A stretch of 64,000 nucleotides of DNA, from positions 66,230 through 130,229 of the forward strand of contig CANFXW010000005.1 in the NCBI GenBank assembly GCA_947451145.1, written 5' to 3'. Shown here piece after piece: positions 45,988 through 55,410 of this stretch (its first letter is position 1; each line of letters opens with the position of its first letter). The notes under the pieces are model-generated. The model saw only the letters and a list, made by a program, of their open reading frames with translations. It was not told where the DNA came from and searched no databases. The translations under genes were made by a program, and so were the position numbers. The stretch comes from Sphingomonadaceae bacterium. GTDB taxonomy: Bacteria > Pseudomonadota > Alphaproteobacteria > Sphingomonadales > Sphingomonadaceae.

Positions 45988-48900
45988 ATGGATTTTCGAC
46001 GAATCATTGATGAAGTGGCACGTCGTAAGGTCACTGGCTTCACCGGCACGATCGATGAGGACGGGGAATACTATTCTAAGATCTATGCCGGCAGCGCAAG
46101 CATGGGCGAAAGCATCGCGTCGGATTATCATGGCCGGTTCCTGATCGAGCTCATCCAGAACGCGAATGACGTGCATCCCGACGACCGATCCGACGGCGCG
46201 ATCGAGGTCGTCTTGAATTTAGCGGAGGGGCCGTTTGGTGTTCTCTACGTGGCAAACGGCGGCACGCCCTTCCGACCCAAGAACGTCGACGCGCTTTGTG
46301 ATATGGGCCTTTCCAGCAAGCCGCCAGGCGAGTCCATTGGCAACAAGGGACTGGGGTTTCGCAGCGTGCACCATGTGACGGATGTTCCGCACGTCTACTC
46401 CCGCGCATCCGACGCTAAGGCTGACCACTTCGACGGCTTCTGCTTCCGCTTCGCAGGAAGCGACGATCTGGACCGTCTATTTGCTAATCCTCGACATCGA
46501 GAGCTGGCAAAAAGCGACCTGCCGCTCTTCCATATCCCTGTCTGGGTGAGCGAACAGCCCGAGGCTGTTACCCACTTCGCGAGGCAAGGTTACTCGAGCG
46601 TGATCGCACTGCCGCTGAGATCGGCGGACGCCGTGGCAGACGTCCGGCGCGAGTTTGCCTCCGTTCGCGAGAGCGGCGTGCCACTCCTGCTGTTCCTGTC
46701 TCGACTCGCAAGTTTGACCGTCAAGGTTCTGGGGCCTGACGGCACAGTCGAGGACAAGATCATTCTCGAACGGACGGAAGACCCTGTCGAAATCGGCGGC
46801 CAATTGCTATCGGTCGCCTACTTGGGAAGCGCGGGTAAGTACCTGATCGCCAGAAGATCGGTTCCCGAGACCGAGATGCTCAGCGCCATTCAGGATGGCA
46901 TCGAGACCAAGCAACTCCACAAGCATTGGGAAAAATGGGAGGGTGATGGCGAAGTCGCCCTGGCTGTCCGCCTTGATGAGATGGTCCCGCAAACCCGCCT
47001 CTACACCTACCTGCCAATGGGAACGCAGGCTGTTTCGCCGTTCAATGGCTTCCTCCACGGTACATTTTTTCCTAACTCGAGCAGAACCGCGGTGGACGCG
47101 TCCATAAGGTTGAACGCCCTGCTCGCTGAGACAGCGGCAGCCTTAGCTGCGGCGACCATAGCGACGCTTGTCTCCCCTGCTGCGGATGAAGCATCGCCAA
47201 GCTTGGACCACGTGTGCCGTGCTAACGCGGTTGTGGACCTGCTAGCGTGGGAGCGGGTTGACAGTTTGGCAACCGACGCACCGCTCGAAGACATCATCGT
47301 CGAACAATTGATTTCAATCCTAGGGGTCGAATGTCTCGGCGATGCTCCGATCGTGCCGACGCTTTTGCAGGATGCTCAGCTTCTCGGTTGGTCGTCTGCC
47401 ACGAAGACTCGCCACTGGACTGAAGAGGGAGAGTTCTTCGGTGCCGACGCTGCAGCTCGAAACGCGCCAAGCACGGGTGTATCGCCCATCTGGCCGGGAT
47501 TGGGCCCGCGCATCGTCCGGCTTGGAAACTTCTTGGCACGGGCAATGATCGGGTATGTCGATAGGCCCAGAGACCAAGAGCGGGTCGCCCTTGTCGTCGC
47601 TATTGCAAGGGAAATTGCCAGCGGCAAGCAATCCACCATGTCGCGTTGGTCTGGTTTCTATCGCCAACTTCCAAAATTTCTGGATCGAGCGGGCATTGGC
47701 TTAGCCGGAGCGCTCGTCCTGCTCGATGCCGACGGAAAGTTGCGAAAGGCGATGACGCCTGCTGGAGAGGTTGAGGGCAAGGCGGTCCGCCGCAAGCGTG
47801 GCACGGTCGTGGTGTCGGTGTTCTTCCCGCCGGCGCGGCGCGGGGGAGGCCAGGACGAAGATGACCTTGTCCTGCCCGCGAGCCTTGCCGACAACTTCGC
47901 CTTCCTGTCGCACGGCCTCGATTGGTATGGCGACCTTTCCGAAGCCCGCGAATACCTAGAGAAGCACAAACTTGCCTTGGAGTTCGACCGCGACGTTATC
48001 CTTGCGCAGCTCTCTCGGATCGTCCGTGCGGATGGGAGGAACGCCACGCGGGCGGCTGGTCTTCGGTTGGCATTCCAAATTTGGCGCGGGCCCCGCACCA
48101 AAGGCCGTGCTTTCAAGTTGCAGGCACAGCATCGGTTCATGGTGCCGACGGTGGATGGCGAATTCGTCGATGCCCGGGAAGCGGTGTTCTCGCGTAGTTG
48201 GCCGGACGAGACACTTGGGCCGCTCATCCATCGGTTCATCGGGAGCGCACCCACCGGCTCGGCCGACATTGACGCACTCGCAGCGCGTCGATTGGGGGAT
48301 CGAAACCACTATTGCTTCAAAGGATCGAGCGGCGAACTGTGGACAGAGTTCCTCGCCGAGCTTGGCGTCCAGAAAGGACTCCATCCCATCCGCAAGACCC
48401 CACCGGCAAGCGTTCCCGCTCGTCGACTGAAGGACTTTTCGTTCTGCGAAGATCTTGGCATTCCCGAAACAGCTGCCCAAGCATGGCGCGCCGATATCAC
48501 CGAGCATGTCCCCGATGCGTTCAAGTTGAAGTCCTCTACCGGCGGCTATATCCTGCGAGGCGAAATCCTTTGGCTTCCCGGACAGGGCGATGTCGAGCGG
48601 TTCACGCGCGATTGCCTGGAGCATTTCGCCCAGCTGATTATCGCATGGCTCGAGGCTCCGCCTGCGAAGGGCTGGGCCATCGACGTCCATCACCATCATT
48701 TCATACACGACGACGCCCGCGACTGGCCTACCCCGATCCGATCGTTCCTGCGCTCATCCGCATGGATACCCGCTGATCAGCCTTCGACGGAAGGCACGCA
48801 GCATGTGACCGTCCGGGCTCGCGAGGTATGGCGGACCGAAGACGGGGAGCGCTTTCCGCCGTTTTTGAGGCGCCCCACCATCCCGGTGATGCGTACGCTC

Positions 48901-51447
48901 GAACGCGTCACGAAGGGGCAAGTTGGTGAGCTTCTAAAGCGGACTGGGATGAGTCAGCTTTTCGCTCCGGACACCCTGGTCCAGCAAGCTGCATTCCTCG
49001 CCACCCAGTTTGGCAGCGTTGGCTTCGATCGCTACTTCGAGCGACACTTCTTGAACCTTTATCATCGCGGCTGGCACCGACTCGCCACCCGTCACACTGC
49101 GGGAAAGTTAGACACGGCGACAGCCAAGGCTCCAAGCCTGATCGTCGTGAAGGAGGGCAACGGTTTCCGCACCGCCGACCTGACCCCGGCGGGTTCGCCA
49201 GCGGTCTACGTGCGGGATACACGCGACGACACGGTCGTGAGCCTTGCGGAAGCCGCTGGGGTGAGTCTGTTCGATGCGGGTTCGGGTGATGCGGAAGCGA
49301 TCGGTCGCCTCATGGCGGCACTCTACGGCGACCGCGTCCGCCTACTTTCCGGCGTCGGCTACGAACTGATCGCGGACGGCCAAGCGCTTGGTGAGGGCGA
49401 AACCGTGCCCGTACTCTCTCTCTGCCCACGCTTGCGCTTGTTTGTCGCGGTGGCACTGGAGGCATTGAAGGGTGCGGACTACCAGCGGCTTCCAGCAGAT
49501 CGACAAGGTATCCTTGCCAAGCTCGAACGCTTGCTGATCCAACGCGCTGGCATGATCCGGTTTAAGTTCGATGGGGTCGACATCGAGGGAGACGTCGAGC
49601 ACCGCCGAGCCTTCACGGTTAAGCTGGAAGACGAGCGCACGGTCGTCGTCACGCGCGTTTCCGGTGCCTTCGACTGGCAGTCTGTCGACGACTTGCTCCC
49701 TTCGATATGTGAGGCCATCGAGCAGCAATCGCTCGAGCCCAATCTGCGCCTGCTCCTGTCGGATATCCGATATTCCGGGGCGGCAGTGGACCAAGAACCG
49801 GACCTAGAGGGGGAGATTGAGCCGCTGGCGGATCGGCTTCGCCTGGGTGCGCAGGCCCGATCTGTTGCCCGCGACACCCTAGGCGCGAGCATCGAGCGAC
49901 AATCACCTTGGCTCAAGGCGGTGCTGCATGCTGCTGGCGGGCAAGCGGCGATCGACGCCTTCGAGGAGGACGAGGCCGCCATCGTGCAGGATGTCGGCCG
50001 CCTCCGTTCATTTCTCTCGCTGTGGCTGGCACCGGCGCAAATGGACGTCGAGCGTGTCCTTGACGCGTGTAGGACTTCACTTACGATATCGGAACTTCGC
50101 GAAGCACTAGGAATGGACTTCGCAGTTCTGAACCACGCGCTCGTCGCAGTCGGAGAGGCACCTGACACATATCCGGAAGTCCATGCCGGCCAGCTCGTCC
50201 ATTTCATCCGGGACAACGACCGGGCGATTCTGGACTGTCTACGCATCACGCACGCGGGTGCGTTGGCGCGCTTTGATCCGGCCCCCGGCTACTCGGCGGC
50301 GCGCGACGCGCTGTATGAACTCAAATCCGATCCTGCCTGGCTCATGCAATTTCGCGATGTGCCGGAGCTGATTCTAGCCGCACATGTGGATGTCTGGCTG
50401 TTGTCACATCGTGCGCCAGCTCTTGCCGAGGGTGGCGCCGGGCTCGAGCCACTCAATGAAGTCCGGGATTCAAACGCGGCAATGACCCGCAAGCTCGTGG
50501 CAACGGCCACACCCCTCGTGCGCGCTTGGTGCGTCAAAAACAGCGCGACGGTTCCAGCCCCGTGGATCGATGGCGATGGCGGCTATTCCTCGATACGCAC
50601 CGTTTTGGACAAGGGCGGTGCATTCGAGTTTCAGACCCTATCTGAGACCTCCGTTATACGCTGGCTCGCGATCCTGGGGGCTTGGCCGGCAGGCATGCCG
50701 GAGAGCCTCGACCGCGATGTCCTCGGGATCGGTGACAAGGACCTGGACGCCGAACATGCAAGGGTCCGCGCCGAGGCGGATGCCAGAAAGCGCGAGGCCC
50801 GGTCGGTTTCCTTCAATGGCCGCAAGATTGACCCCGAGGAAGCGGATTGGCCGTCGGTTTGCGACGAACTGTCAGCAACATTGTCTTCGAAGCTGTTTAG
50901 CATGGCGATCGGTAGCGCCGCGAAATTGAAGCCCTCGCGAGCTAGGGACAAATCCAGATCACGCGAGGAGGACCGCAAGCAGAAGCCGCCGCCGCCACCT
51001 TCGCGAGCGCCATCCCAGAAGACCGACATGATCGGGCGGCTAGGAGAGATGGCCGTCTATCATTGGCTACGCCGCCGGCTGCCGGACCAAGACATCGATG
51101 CTGCTTGGGTGTCTGGAAATGCGCGACCGATCACGAACCGCGAGGGAAGTGATAGCTTGGGCTACGACTTCGAGATCGGATTCCGCGGGCAGCGCTGGCA
51201 GATAGAGGTAAAGGCGAGCCTTTCCGATCCCTGCGCATTCATCCTCGGCGAAACGGAAGTCAGGGCTGGGAGGGCCGCTGCTCGCCCTCGAAGCGGGACG
51301 CAATATTGGATCGCCTATGTCAGCAATATCGGAACTCCCTCCCAGGCGAGGGTGGAGATGTTGCCAAATCCGATGAGCGAGGAAGGCGAGGCCGTCCTCA
51401 ACCTACTTGGCGAAGGACTTCGCTATGGCTTCGTCCGGGTGCCCTGA
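45988..51447 (+). CDS. Giant (1819 aa) GHKL/sacsin-like ATPase with C-terminal DUF3883 (NO VEIN C-terminal, PD-(D/E)xK-like) domain
   Basis: Bergerat N-box FLIELIQNANDV (46147-46170), VANGGTPF, GNKGLGFRSV. C-terminus GRLGEMAVYHWL...GYDFEI...WQIEVKAS (~51027-51444), preceded by a basic/Pro-rich linker. About 1300 aa in the middle carry no motif I recognise. Confidence 0.65.
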   Translation: MDFRRIIDEVARRKVTGFTGTIDEDGEYYSKIYAGSASMGESIASDYHGRFLIELIQNANDVHPDDRSDGAIEVVLNLAEGPFGVLYVANGGTPFRPKNVDALCDMGLSSKPPGESIGNKGLGFRSVHHVTDVPHVYSRASDAKADHFDGFCFRFAGSDDLDRLFANPRHRELAKSDLPLFHIPVWVSEQPEAVTHFARQGYSSVIALPLRSADAVADVRREFASVRESGVPLLLFLSRLASLTVKVLGPDGTVEDKIILERTEDPVEIGGQLLSVAYLGSAGKYLIARRSVPETEMLSAIQDGIETKQLHKHWEKWEGDGEVALAVRLDEMVPQTRLYTYLPMGTQAVSPFNGFLHGTFFPNSSRTAVDASIRLNALLAETAAALAAATIATLVSPAADEASPSLDHVCRANAVVDLLAWERVDSLATDAPLEDIIVEQLISILGVECLGDAPIVPTLLQDAQLLGWSSATKTRHWTEEGEFFGADAAARNAPSTGVSPIWPGLGPRIVRLGNFLARAMIGYVDRPRDQERVALVVAIAREIASGKQSTMSRWSGFYRQLPKFLDRAGIGLAGALVLLDADGKLRKAMTPAGEVEGKAVRRKRGTVVVSVFFPPARRGGGQDEDDLVLPASLADNFAFLSHGLDWYGDLSEAREYLEKHKLALEFDRDVILAQLSRIVRADGRNATRAAGLRLAFQIWRGPRTKGRAFKLQAQHRFMVPTVDGEFVDAREAVFSRSWPDETLGPLIHRFIGSAPTGSADIDALAARRLGDRNHYCFKGSSGELWTEFLAELGVQKGLHPIRKTPPASVPARRLKDFSFCEDLGIPETAAQAWRADITEHVPDAFKLKSSTGGYILRGEILWLPGQGDVERFTRDCLEHFAQLIIAWLEAPPAKGWAIDVHHHHFIHDDARDWPTPIRSFLRSSAWIPADQPSTEGTQHVTVRAREVWRTEDGERFPPFLRRPTIPVMRTLERVTKGQVGELLKRTGMSQLFAPDTLVQQAAFLATQFGSVGFDRYFERHFLNLYHRGWHRLATRHTAGKLDTATAKAPSLIVVKEGNGFRTADLTPAGSPAVYVRDTRDDTVVSLAEAAGVSLFDAGSGDAEAIGRLMAALYGDRVRLLSGVGYELIADGQALGEGETVPVLSLCPRLRLFVAVALEALKGADYQRLPADRQGILAKLERLLIQRAGMIRFKFDGVDIEGDVEHRRAFTVKLEDERTVVVTRVSGAFDWQSVDDLLPSICEAIEQQSLEPNLRLLLSDIRYSGAAVDQEPDLEGEIEPLADRLRLGAQARSVARDTLGASIERQSPWLKAVLHAAGGQAAIDAFEEDEAAIVQDVGRLRSFLSLWLAPAQMDVERVLDACRTSLTISELREALGMDFAVLNHALVAVGEAPDTYPEVHAGQLVHFIRDNDRAILDCLRITHAGALARFDPAPGYSAARDALYELKSDPAWLMQFRDVPELILAAHVDVWLLSHRAPALAEGGAGLEPLNEVRDSNAAMTRKLVATATPLVRAWCVKNSATVPAPWIDGDGGYSSIRTVLDKGGAFEFQTLSETSVIRWLAILGAWPAGMPESLDRDVLGIGDKDLDAEHARVRAEADARKREARSVSFNGRKIDPEEADWPSVCDELSATLSSKLFSMAIGSAAKLKPSRARDKSRSREEDRKQKPPPPPSRAPSQKTDMIGRLGEMAVYHWLRRRLPDQDIDAAWVSGNARPITNREGSDSLGYDFEIGFRGQRWQIEVKASLSDPCAFILGETEVRAGRAAARPRSGTQYWIAYVSNIGTPSQARVEMLPNPMSEEGEAVLNLLGEGLRYGFVRVP

Positions 51448-51485
51448 AAGTGTGTCCGCCGCGACTGCGTTCAGCTGCCAACGGT

Positions 51486-52226
51486 TCAAGTTTCCAGCAA
51501 CCGCTTCTCGTAGACGGTACTGATTCCGCTACCATCCCAAACATAGCACAGATGCCGTTCCTGCCGACAATTCGACAACCGCCGGGGCCGGAACACAGCG
51601 GCACATTCGCCGCCGGGATCGCGGACGCTTTCATATACAATCCCGTCCGACCCTGCGTCGCGCAAGGTTCGCGCGGTCTGCTGCGACACGGCATAGCTGC
51701 TCGGATGATACAACGCGGGTAACGCTTCCCGCTGCCCACGGATGTCGTGAAGGCTCGCGTCGAGATCGACGGCATAAACCCGCATGTCGAGTTCCTGCGC
51801 CGGTTCGTCGGTAGCCTCAAGGAAATGCGTGCGGTGATGCCTGGTTTCGGCAATTGCGGTTGCCAGCGTTCGCCCCGCATAAAAAACGCCGTAGCTGCCG
51901 TCGGTGAAGCGGTCGCCGACCGGATTGAGATGGGTGAACGCTGCCATGATTGCCGACGTACCGGGGCCGGAGACGCGGTCCTCAGGCGGCACGAGCGAAA
52001 GCTCGCCTGCTTCATCGCGCAGGCGGTCATTGGTCATGGCTTCGATGGCATAGACCGCTTCAAGATCAGCCGGATCGGCAACCGCCTCGAACAGCGAGAT
52101 TGGCGGAAACCGGCTCGGGATGATGCGGTAGCAGGGCGTCCAGCGGACTTTCGACGTGGGAATGTCCACGGGGTCAGCCGCGCTGCCCGTCGACATACTG
52201 GCGCACGACATAGAGGTCGGCGACAT
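51486..52226 (-). CDS. RES-domain toxin (NAD+-targeting family)
   Basis: CYRIIPSRFPPISLFE..., YAGRTLATAIAETRHH, DGIVYESVR supply the R/E/S residues. The true start is probably internal (ATG 52196 or GTG 52169, the latter 4 nt after the antitoxin stop). Confidence 0.7.
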   Translation of the reverse strand: MSPTSMSCASMSTGSAADPVDIPTSKVRWTPCYRIIPSRFPPISLFEAVADPADLEAVYAIEAMTNDRLRDEAGELSLVPPEDRVSGPGTSAIMAAFTHLNPVGDRFTDGSYGVFYAGRTLATAIAETRHHRTHFLEATDEPAQELDMRVYAVDLDASLHDIRGQREALPALYHPSSYAVSQQTARTLRDAGSDGIVYESVRDPGGECAAVFRPRRLSNCRQERHLCYVWDGSGISTVYEKRLLET

Positions 52227-52590
52227 TGCCCGACATCATCCGGTCGAGCGCCGAGGCGCCGCCGAAGACTTGCGCCTTGTTGGGTTTGCGCACCCACGCA
52301 TCGGCTGTCTTCGGCAGCAGGATATGCAGGCCCTTGTAGATGCCCATGACATAGGAAATCCGCTCCAGCGCATCCTTGGGCAGCGCCGCGACCACGCCGC
52401 GCTTCCATGACTGGAAGGTCGAGCGACTCTCCAGACCGAGCAAGCGCATCTGCTCCTGCTCTTTCAGGCCCCAGGCATCGGCAATGCGGAAGAACGTCCG
52501 CAGAGCTGGCCCCGTCAGATCCTTGCGATCAAGTCCCCTTGCAGGCGCGTTGGCTGCAGTTTGGATACCCATGTCGACACATCCTTTCAT
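52174..52590 (-). CDS. Xre/MbcA/ParS-like antitoxin (DUF2384 C-terminal toxin-binding domain)
   Basis: 138 aa. C-terminal GGASALDRMMSGNVADLYVVRQYVDG. Directly upstream of the RES gene. An alternative start, ATG 52572, has a better SD (AAGGA). Confidence 0.65.
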   Translation of the reverse strand: MKGCVDMGIQTAANAPARGLDRKDLTGPALRTFFRIADAWGLKEQEQMRLLGLESRSTFQSWKRGVVAALPKDALERISYVMGIYKGLHILLPKTADAWVRKPNKAQVFGGASALDRMMSGNVADLYVVRQYVDGQRG

Positions 52591-52601
52591 GGCTTCATAT
52601 G

Positions 52602-52630
52602 CTCATATTCTGCACAAAAGTCAATATGAG
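52602..52630. promoter_or_regulatory. 8-bp inverted repeat upstream of the Xre-RES operon (candidate autoregulatory operator)
   Basis: CTCATATT (52602-52609) ... AATATGAG (52623-52630) read directly, in an AT-rich stretch just upstream of the antitoxin start. Confidence 0.35.
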
Positions 52631-53010
52631 AGCTGATATTGCACATCACGACCTGTGTAATTCAGCGAGAGCTCACTGCTGTTGCCCGTTCGCTGTCCAA
52701 GGTGACGACGCCTCTCGATCAGACATTTCCTGGGTGTGAGGGATGATTGCTGCTGCGCTCCACGCAGTGATCCGATGGGGAGGAAGCGCCCGACTTTTGG
52801 TCGATGAAAACGGAGATTGCCGAGTGACATTCGTTCTCCGGTGGCGCGAAAATCACCCCTCCTTGTCGCCTGTCTGCGGGTCTCGTCTCGCCTAGTACCG
52901 TCAACCCCGTGCGGGGTTCGCCCTTCGCTGACGCTGCGGTGACGGCGGCTCCCGGCCCCTTCTTTTGGCGCCATCGGGGATGGTCCCCGACCACCTTTAG
53001 GAGAAACGAC

Positions 53011-53331
53011 ATGGCTACCATCGCAAACCTCACCGTGAAGTCCGACGACAGCTTCGAAGGCAACCTCGCAACGCTGACCGTCTCCGCGCCGATCGCGATC
53101 ATCCCCAACAACCGCAAGACCAAGGACAGCGAACCCGACTATCGCATCGTCAGCCGCAAGAACGGTTTCGAACTGGGCGCAGGCTGGAAGCGCTTCTCGC
53201 AGAACACCGGCGCCGAATATGTCTCGGTCTCGCTCTCGGCTCCTGAATTCGGCACCATCTACGGCAACATCGCCAACGCGCCGGGCGATGATCCTTCGAA
53301 GAAGGTCATCATCTGGAACCCGCCAAGCTAA
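53011..53331 (+). CDS. DUF736-family protein (ICE/plasmid backbone)
   Basis: 106 aa from ATG 53011, preceded by AGGAGA. MATIANLTVKSDDSFEGNLATLTVSAPIAIIPN...DYRIV...GAGWKR matches my recollection of DUF736. Confidence 0.7.
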   Translation: MATIANLTVKSDDSFEGNLATLTVSAPIAIIPNNRKTKDSEPDYRIVSRKNGFELGAGWKRFSQNTGAEYVSVSLSAPEFGTIYGNIANAPGDDPSKKVIIWNPPS

Positions 53332-53450
53332 GGTGCCAGCGTCGGCCCCGCCTCCGGGCGGGGCCGAATTAACACCAGTGCAAGAAAAGCAGCATGTCCG
53401 AAATGCATGCACATTTTTCGGACAATGCCCTGGATGCGCCTCTTACTGTC

Positions 53451-53852
53451 CTACCGCCGGATATTGCGGAGAGTTGTCACCTCTTCCGGATGGCGATCAA
53501 GAATCTCAATCAAGCCGACCGCAGCTTCGCTGGGCTGCATTGTACCACGCTCATACTTTTGGAACGCTCGCCGTCCGCCTCCAATGATCCTACCCGCCTC
53601 CTCTTGGGTGAGGCCAAGCTTCTTGCGCACGGCCTTGACCCGTGCGGCATAGGCCGCTCGCAACTCGATATAGGCTTGATCTATCGTTTGAAGTTCAGCG
53701 CCCGAATGGATGGAATCGCCATCGCCTTCAGGATACCAGCCCGGCACCTCCACTTCGCGTGCCAACGAGCCAACGCTCAGCGTTTGCATCCGCGCGTCAC
53801 GCCGAAGCACATCACCGGTCTTGGGATGAATCCGAGTCTGACCCATCTTCAA
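53451..53852 (-). CDS. MqsA-like HTH (XRE-type) protein lacking the zinc-ribbon cysteines; possible ICE regulator
   Basis: 133 aa. C-terminal HTH LGLTQEEAGRIIGGGRRAFQKYERGTMQPSEA is typical of MqsA. The N-terminal half has no Cys. No partner toxin ORF fits on either side. Confidence 0.5.
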   Translation of the reverse strand: MKMGQTRIHPKTGDVLRRDARMQTLSVGSLAREVEVPGWYPEGDGDSIHSGAELQTIDQAYIELRAAYAARVKAVRKKLGLTQEEAGRIIGGGRRAFQKYERGTMQPSEAAVGLIEILDRHPEEVTTLRNIRR

Positions 53853-53950
53853 ACCTCCTTGCCCGATGTCGATCGAAGATCGTTCAGCATCTCACCTGCA
53901 AACCCCAGCGCGAGAAGTTCTCTCTGGCTTCCGCCAATACACCTTCAAGG

Positions 53951-55231
53951 TTAATTTTCAACTGCCGCCGTTTGTCTGACCGGGCGCAACGATGCAGCGC
54001 CTTCGGCAAGCAGGCGGGCGATTTCGTCCGACGTTTTGCGCACCGCTAGCTTCAGAGCTTCATCGATATGGATGTAGTCCTGCGTCACGTTCTGCGAAGC
54101 ATGCCCGAGCATGGCCCGTATCGTCAGTTCCGTGAATCCGAGTTCGCCCGCGATGCTGCCGAAAGTGTGGCGAAGGGTATGAAGTGTGGCGCCCTCAATT
54201 CCCGCCCACTGGCAAACTCTCCGGAAACAGGCTGGTGCAGCCTGGTATGCGCCAGCGCCCGTCATTGACGGGAACACGTAGGGGTTACCAACGATCTCAG
54301 GTTGAGCGAGCACGACCTTCAGTGCTTCTGGGCCGATCGAGCGGACCTGAGCATCGGTTTTGGTATCCGGGAAGGAGACAAACCCGCCCTCCGCATGCAC
54401 CCAGGCGCGCTTCATCGACTGCGCCTCTTCCCGTCTGTATCCTGTCAGCGCAAGTGTCCGTACCACTGCAAGTGCTGTCGGATTTTCGCCATTACGTTCG
54501 GCATAGGCGATCGCTTTACCGAACGCCACGAGTTCGGCAGTGCTGAGCCGTCTCGTCTTCTTGTTGATTGCGAGTTTCTTGGCTCCTCTGGTTGGGTGCT
54601 CCGCAATCAGCCCCTTGTGCTTGGCATGACCCAAAATGGCTTGCAGCGACCCGAGGCATCGCGACGCGACGCCAGGTCCGCCAGCGGGCCGACCGCCACG
54701 GCCTTTACCTCTAGCCTTGGCAGTTTTACCGTCCCGGACATCAGCCTGCATCTGCTCGACATCCGCGATCGTCAGCCTTTTCGCCATGCGATGGCCAAGA
54801 ATCGGTTTGATGTGAGTGTTGATCCTGCTCTCATCCATCGCGAGCGAGGAGGCTTTGATTGGACGGTTCTTGCGGCCAAGAATGTTGCCGGCGCGAGCTT
54901 CAACCAGATACCAGTCACAGATCTCGGCGACGGTCATGCCACTGCGGGCCTGATGAATTGCCTCTGCTGGATCCTGACCACCAGCAACTTCGCCAAGCTT
55001 GATCTTCGCCAGATCCCGAGCTTGCTCCGTCGTGATGACACCATAGCGGCCGAGATTGATGCGCCGCTTGATCCCTTCGATGTTGCGGTACTGAACGATG
55101 AAGGTCTTGAGCCCCGACGGAAGCGCCCGCAAGCCGAAACCCCGAATCTCGCTGTCCCACAGGACGGCCTGTTTATCTTTAGGCGGCGCGAATGCGTCTA
55201 CATTGCGCTTGTTCAACTTCGCTGTCGGCAT
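53951..55231 (-). CDS. int: Tyrosine recombinase / integrase (P4-like, DUF4102 arm-binding N-domain)
   Basis: Start trimmed to ATG 55231 (MPTAKLNKRNVDAF...), preceded by GGAGGG. WDSEIRGFGLR N-domain. C-terminal HTLRHTFGS...LGH...Y catalytic signature. Adjacent to the tRNA-derived att site. Confidence 0.85.
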   Translation of the reverse strand: MPTAKLNKRNVDAFAPPKDKQAVLWDSEIRGFGLRALPSGLKTFIVQYRNIEGIKRRINLGRYGVITTEQARDLAKIKLGEVAGGQDPAEAIHQARSGMTVAEICDWYLVEARAGNILGRKNRPIKASSLAMDESRINTHIKPILGHRMAKRLTIADVEQMQADVRDGKTAKARGKGRGGRPAGGPGVASRCLGSLQAILGHAKHKGLIAEHPTRGAKKLAINKKTRRLSTAELVAFGKAIAYAERNGENPTALAVVRTLALTGYRREEAQSMKRAWVHAEGGFVSFPDTKTDAQVRSIGPEALKVVLAQPEIVGNPYVFPSMTGAGAYQAAPACFRRVCQWAGIEGATLHTLRHTFGSIAGELGFTELTIRAMLGHASQNVTQDYIHIDEALKLAVRKTSDEIARLLAEGAASLRPVRQTAAVEN

Positions 55232-55247
55232 ATTTGACCCTCCATTT

Positions 55248-55292
55248 GGAGACAAAGATTTCAGGGGGGTGCTTTGTCTCCACTTTGTCTCC
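55248..55292. repeat. Three copies of a 10-bp motif upstream of int (one inverted, two tandem direct)
   Basis: GGAGACAAAG (55248-55257), then CTTTGTCTCC at 55272-55281 and 55283-55292, read directly. TGGGAAA(A)GT is also duplicated at 55381-55400. Candidate arm-type or regulator binding sites. Confidence 0.5.
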
Positions 55293-55410
55293 AGATTTAA
55301 GCGTTTCGAGGGTATTATGGGCGGAGGCAATCGTAAACAGAAACATCATAAATATATGATGTAGCGTAGATAATCGTACTTGGGAAAGTTTGGGAAAAGT
55401 GGCCGAAATA

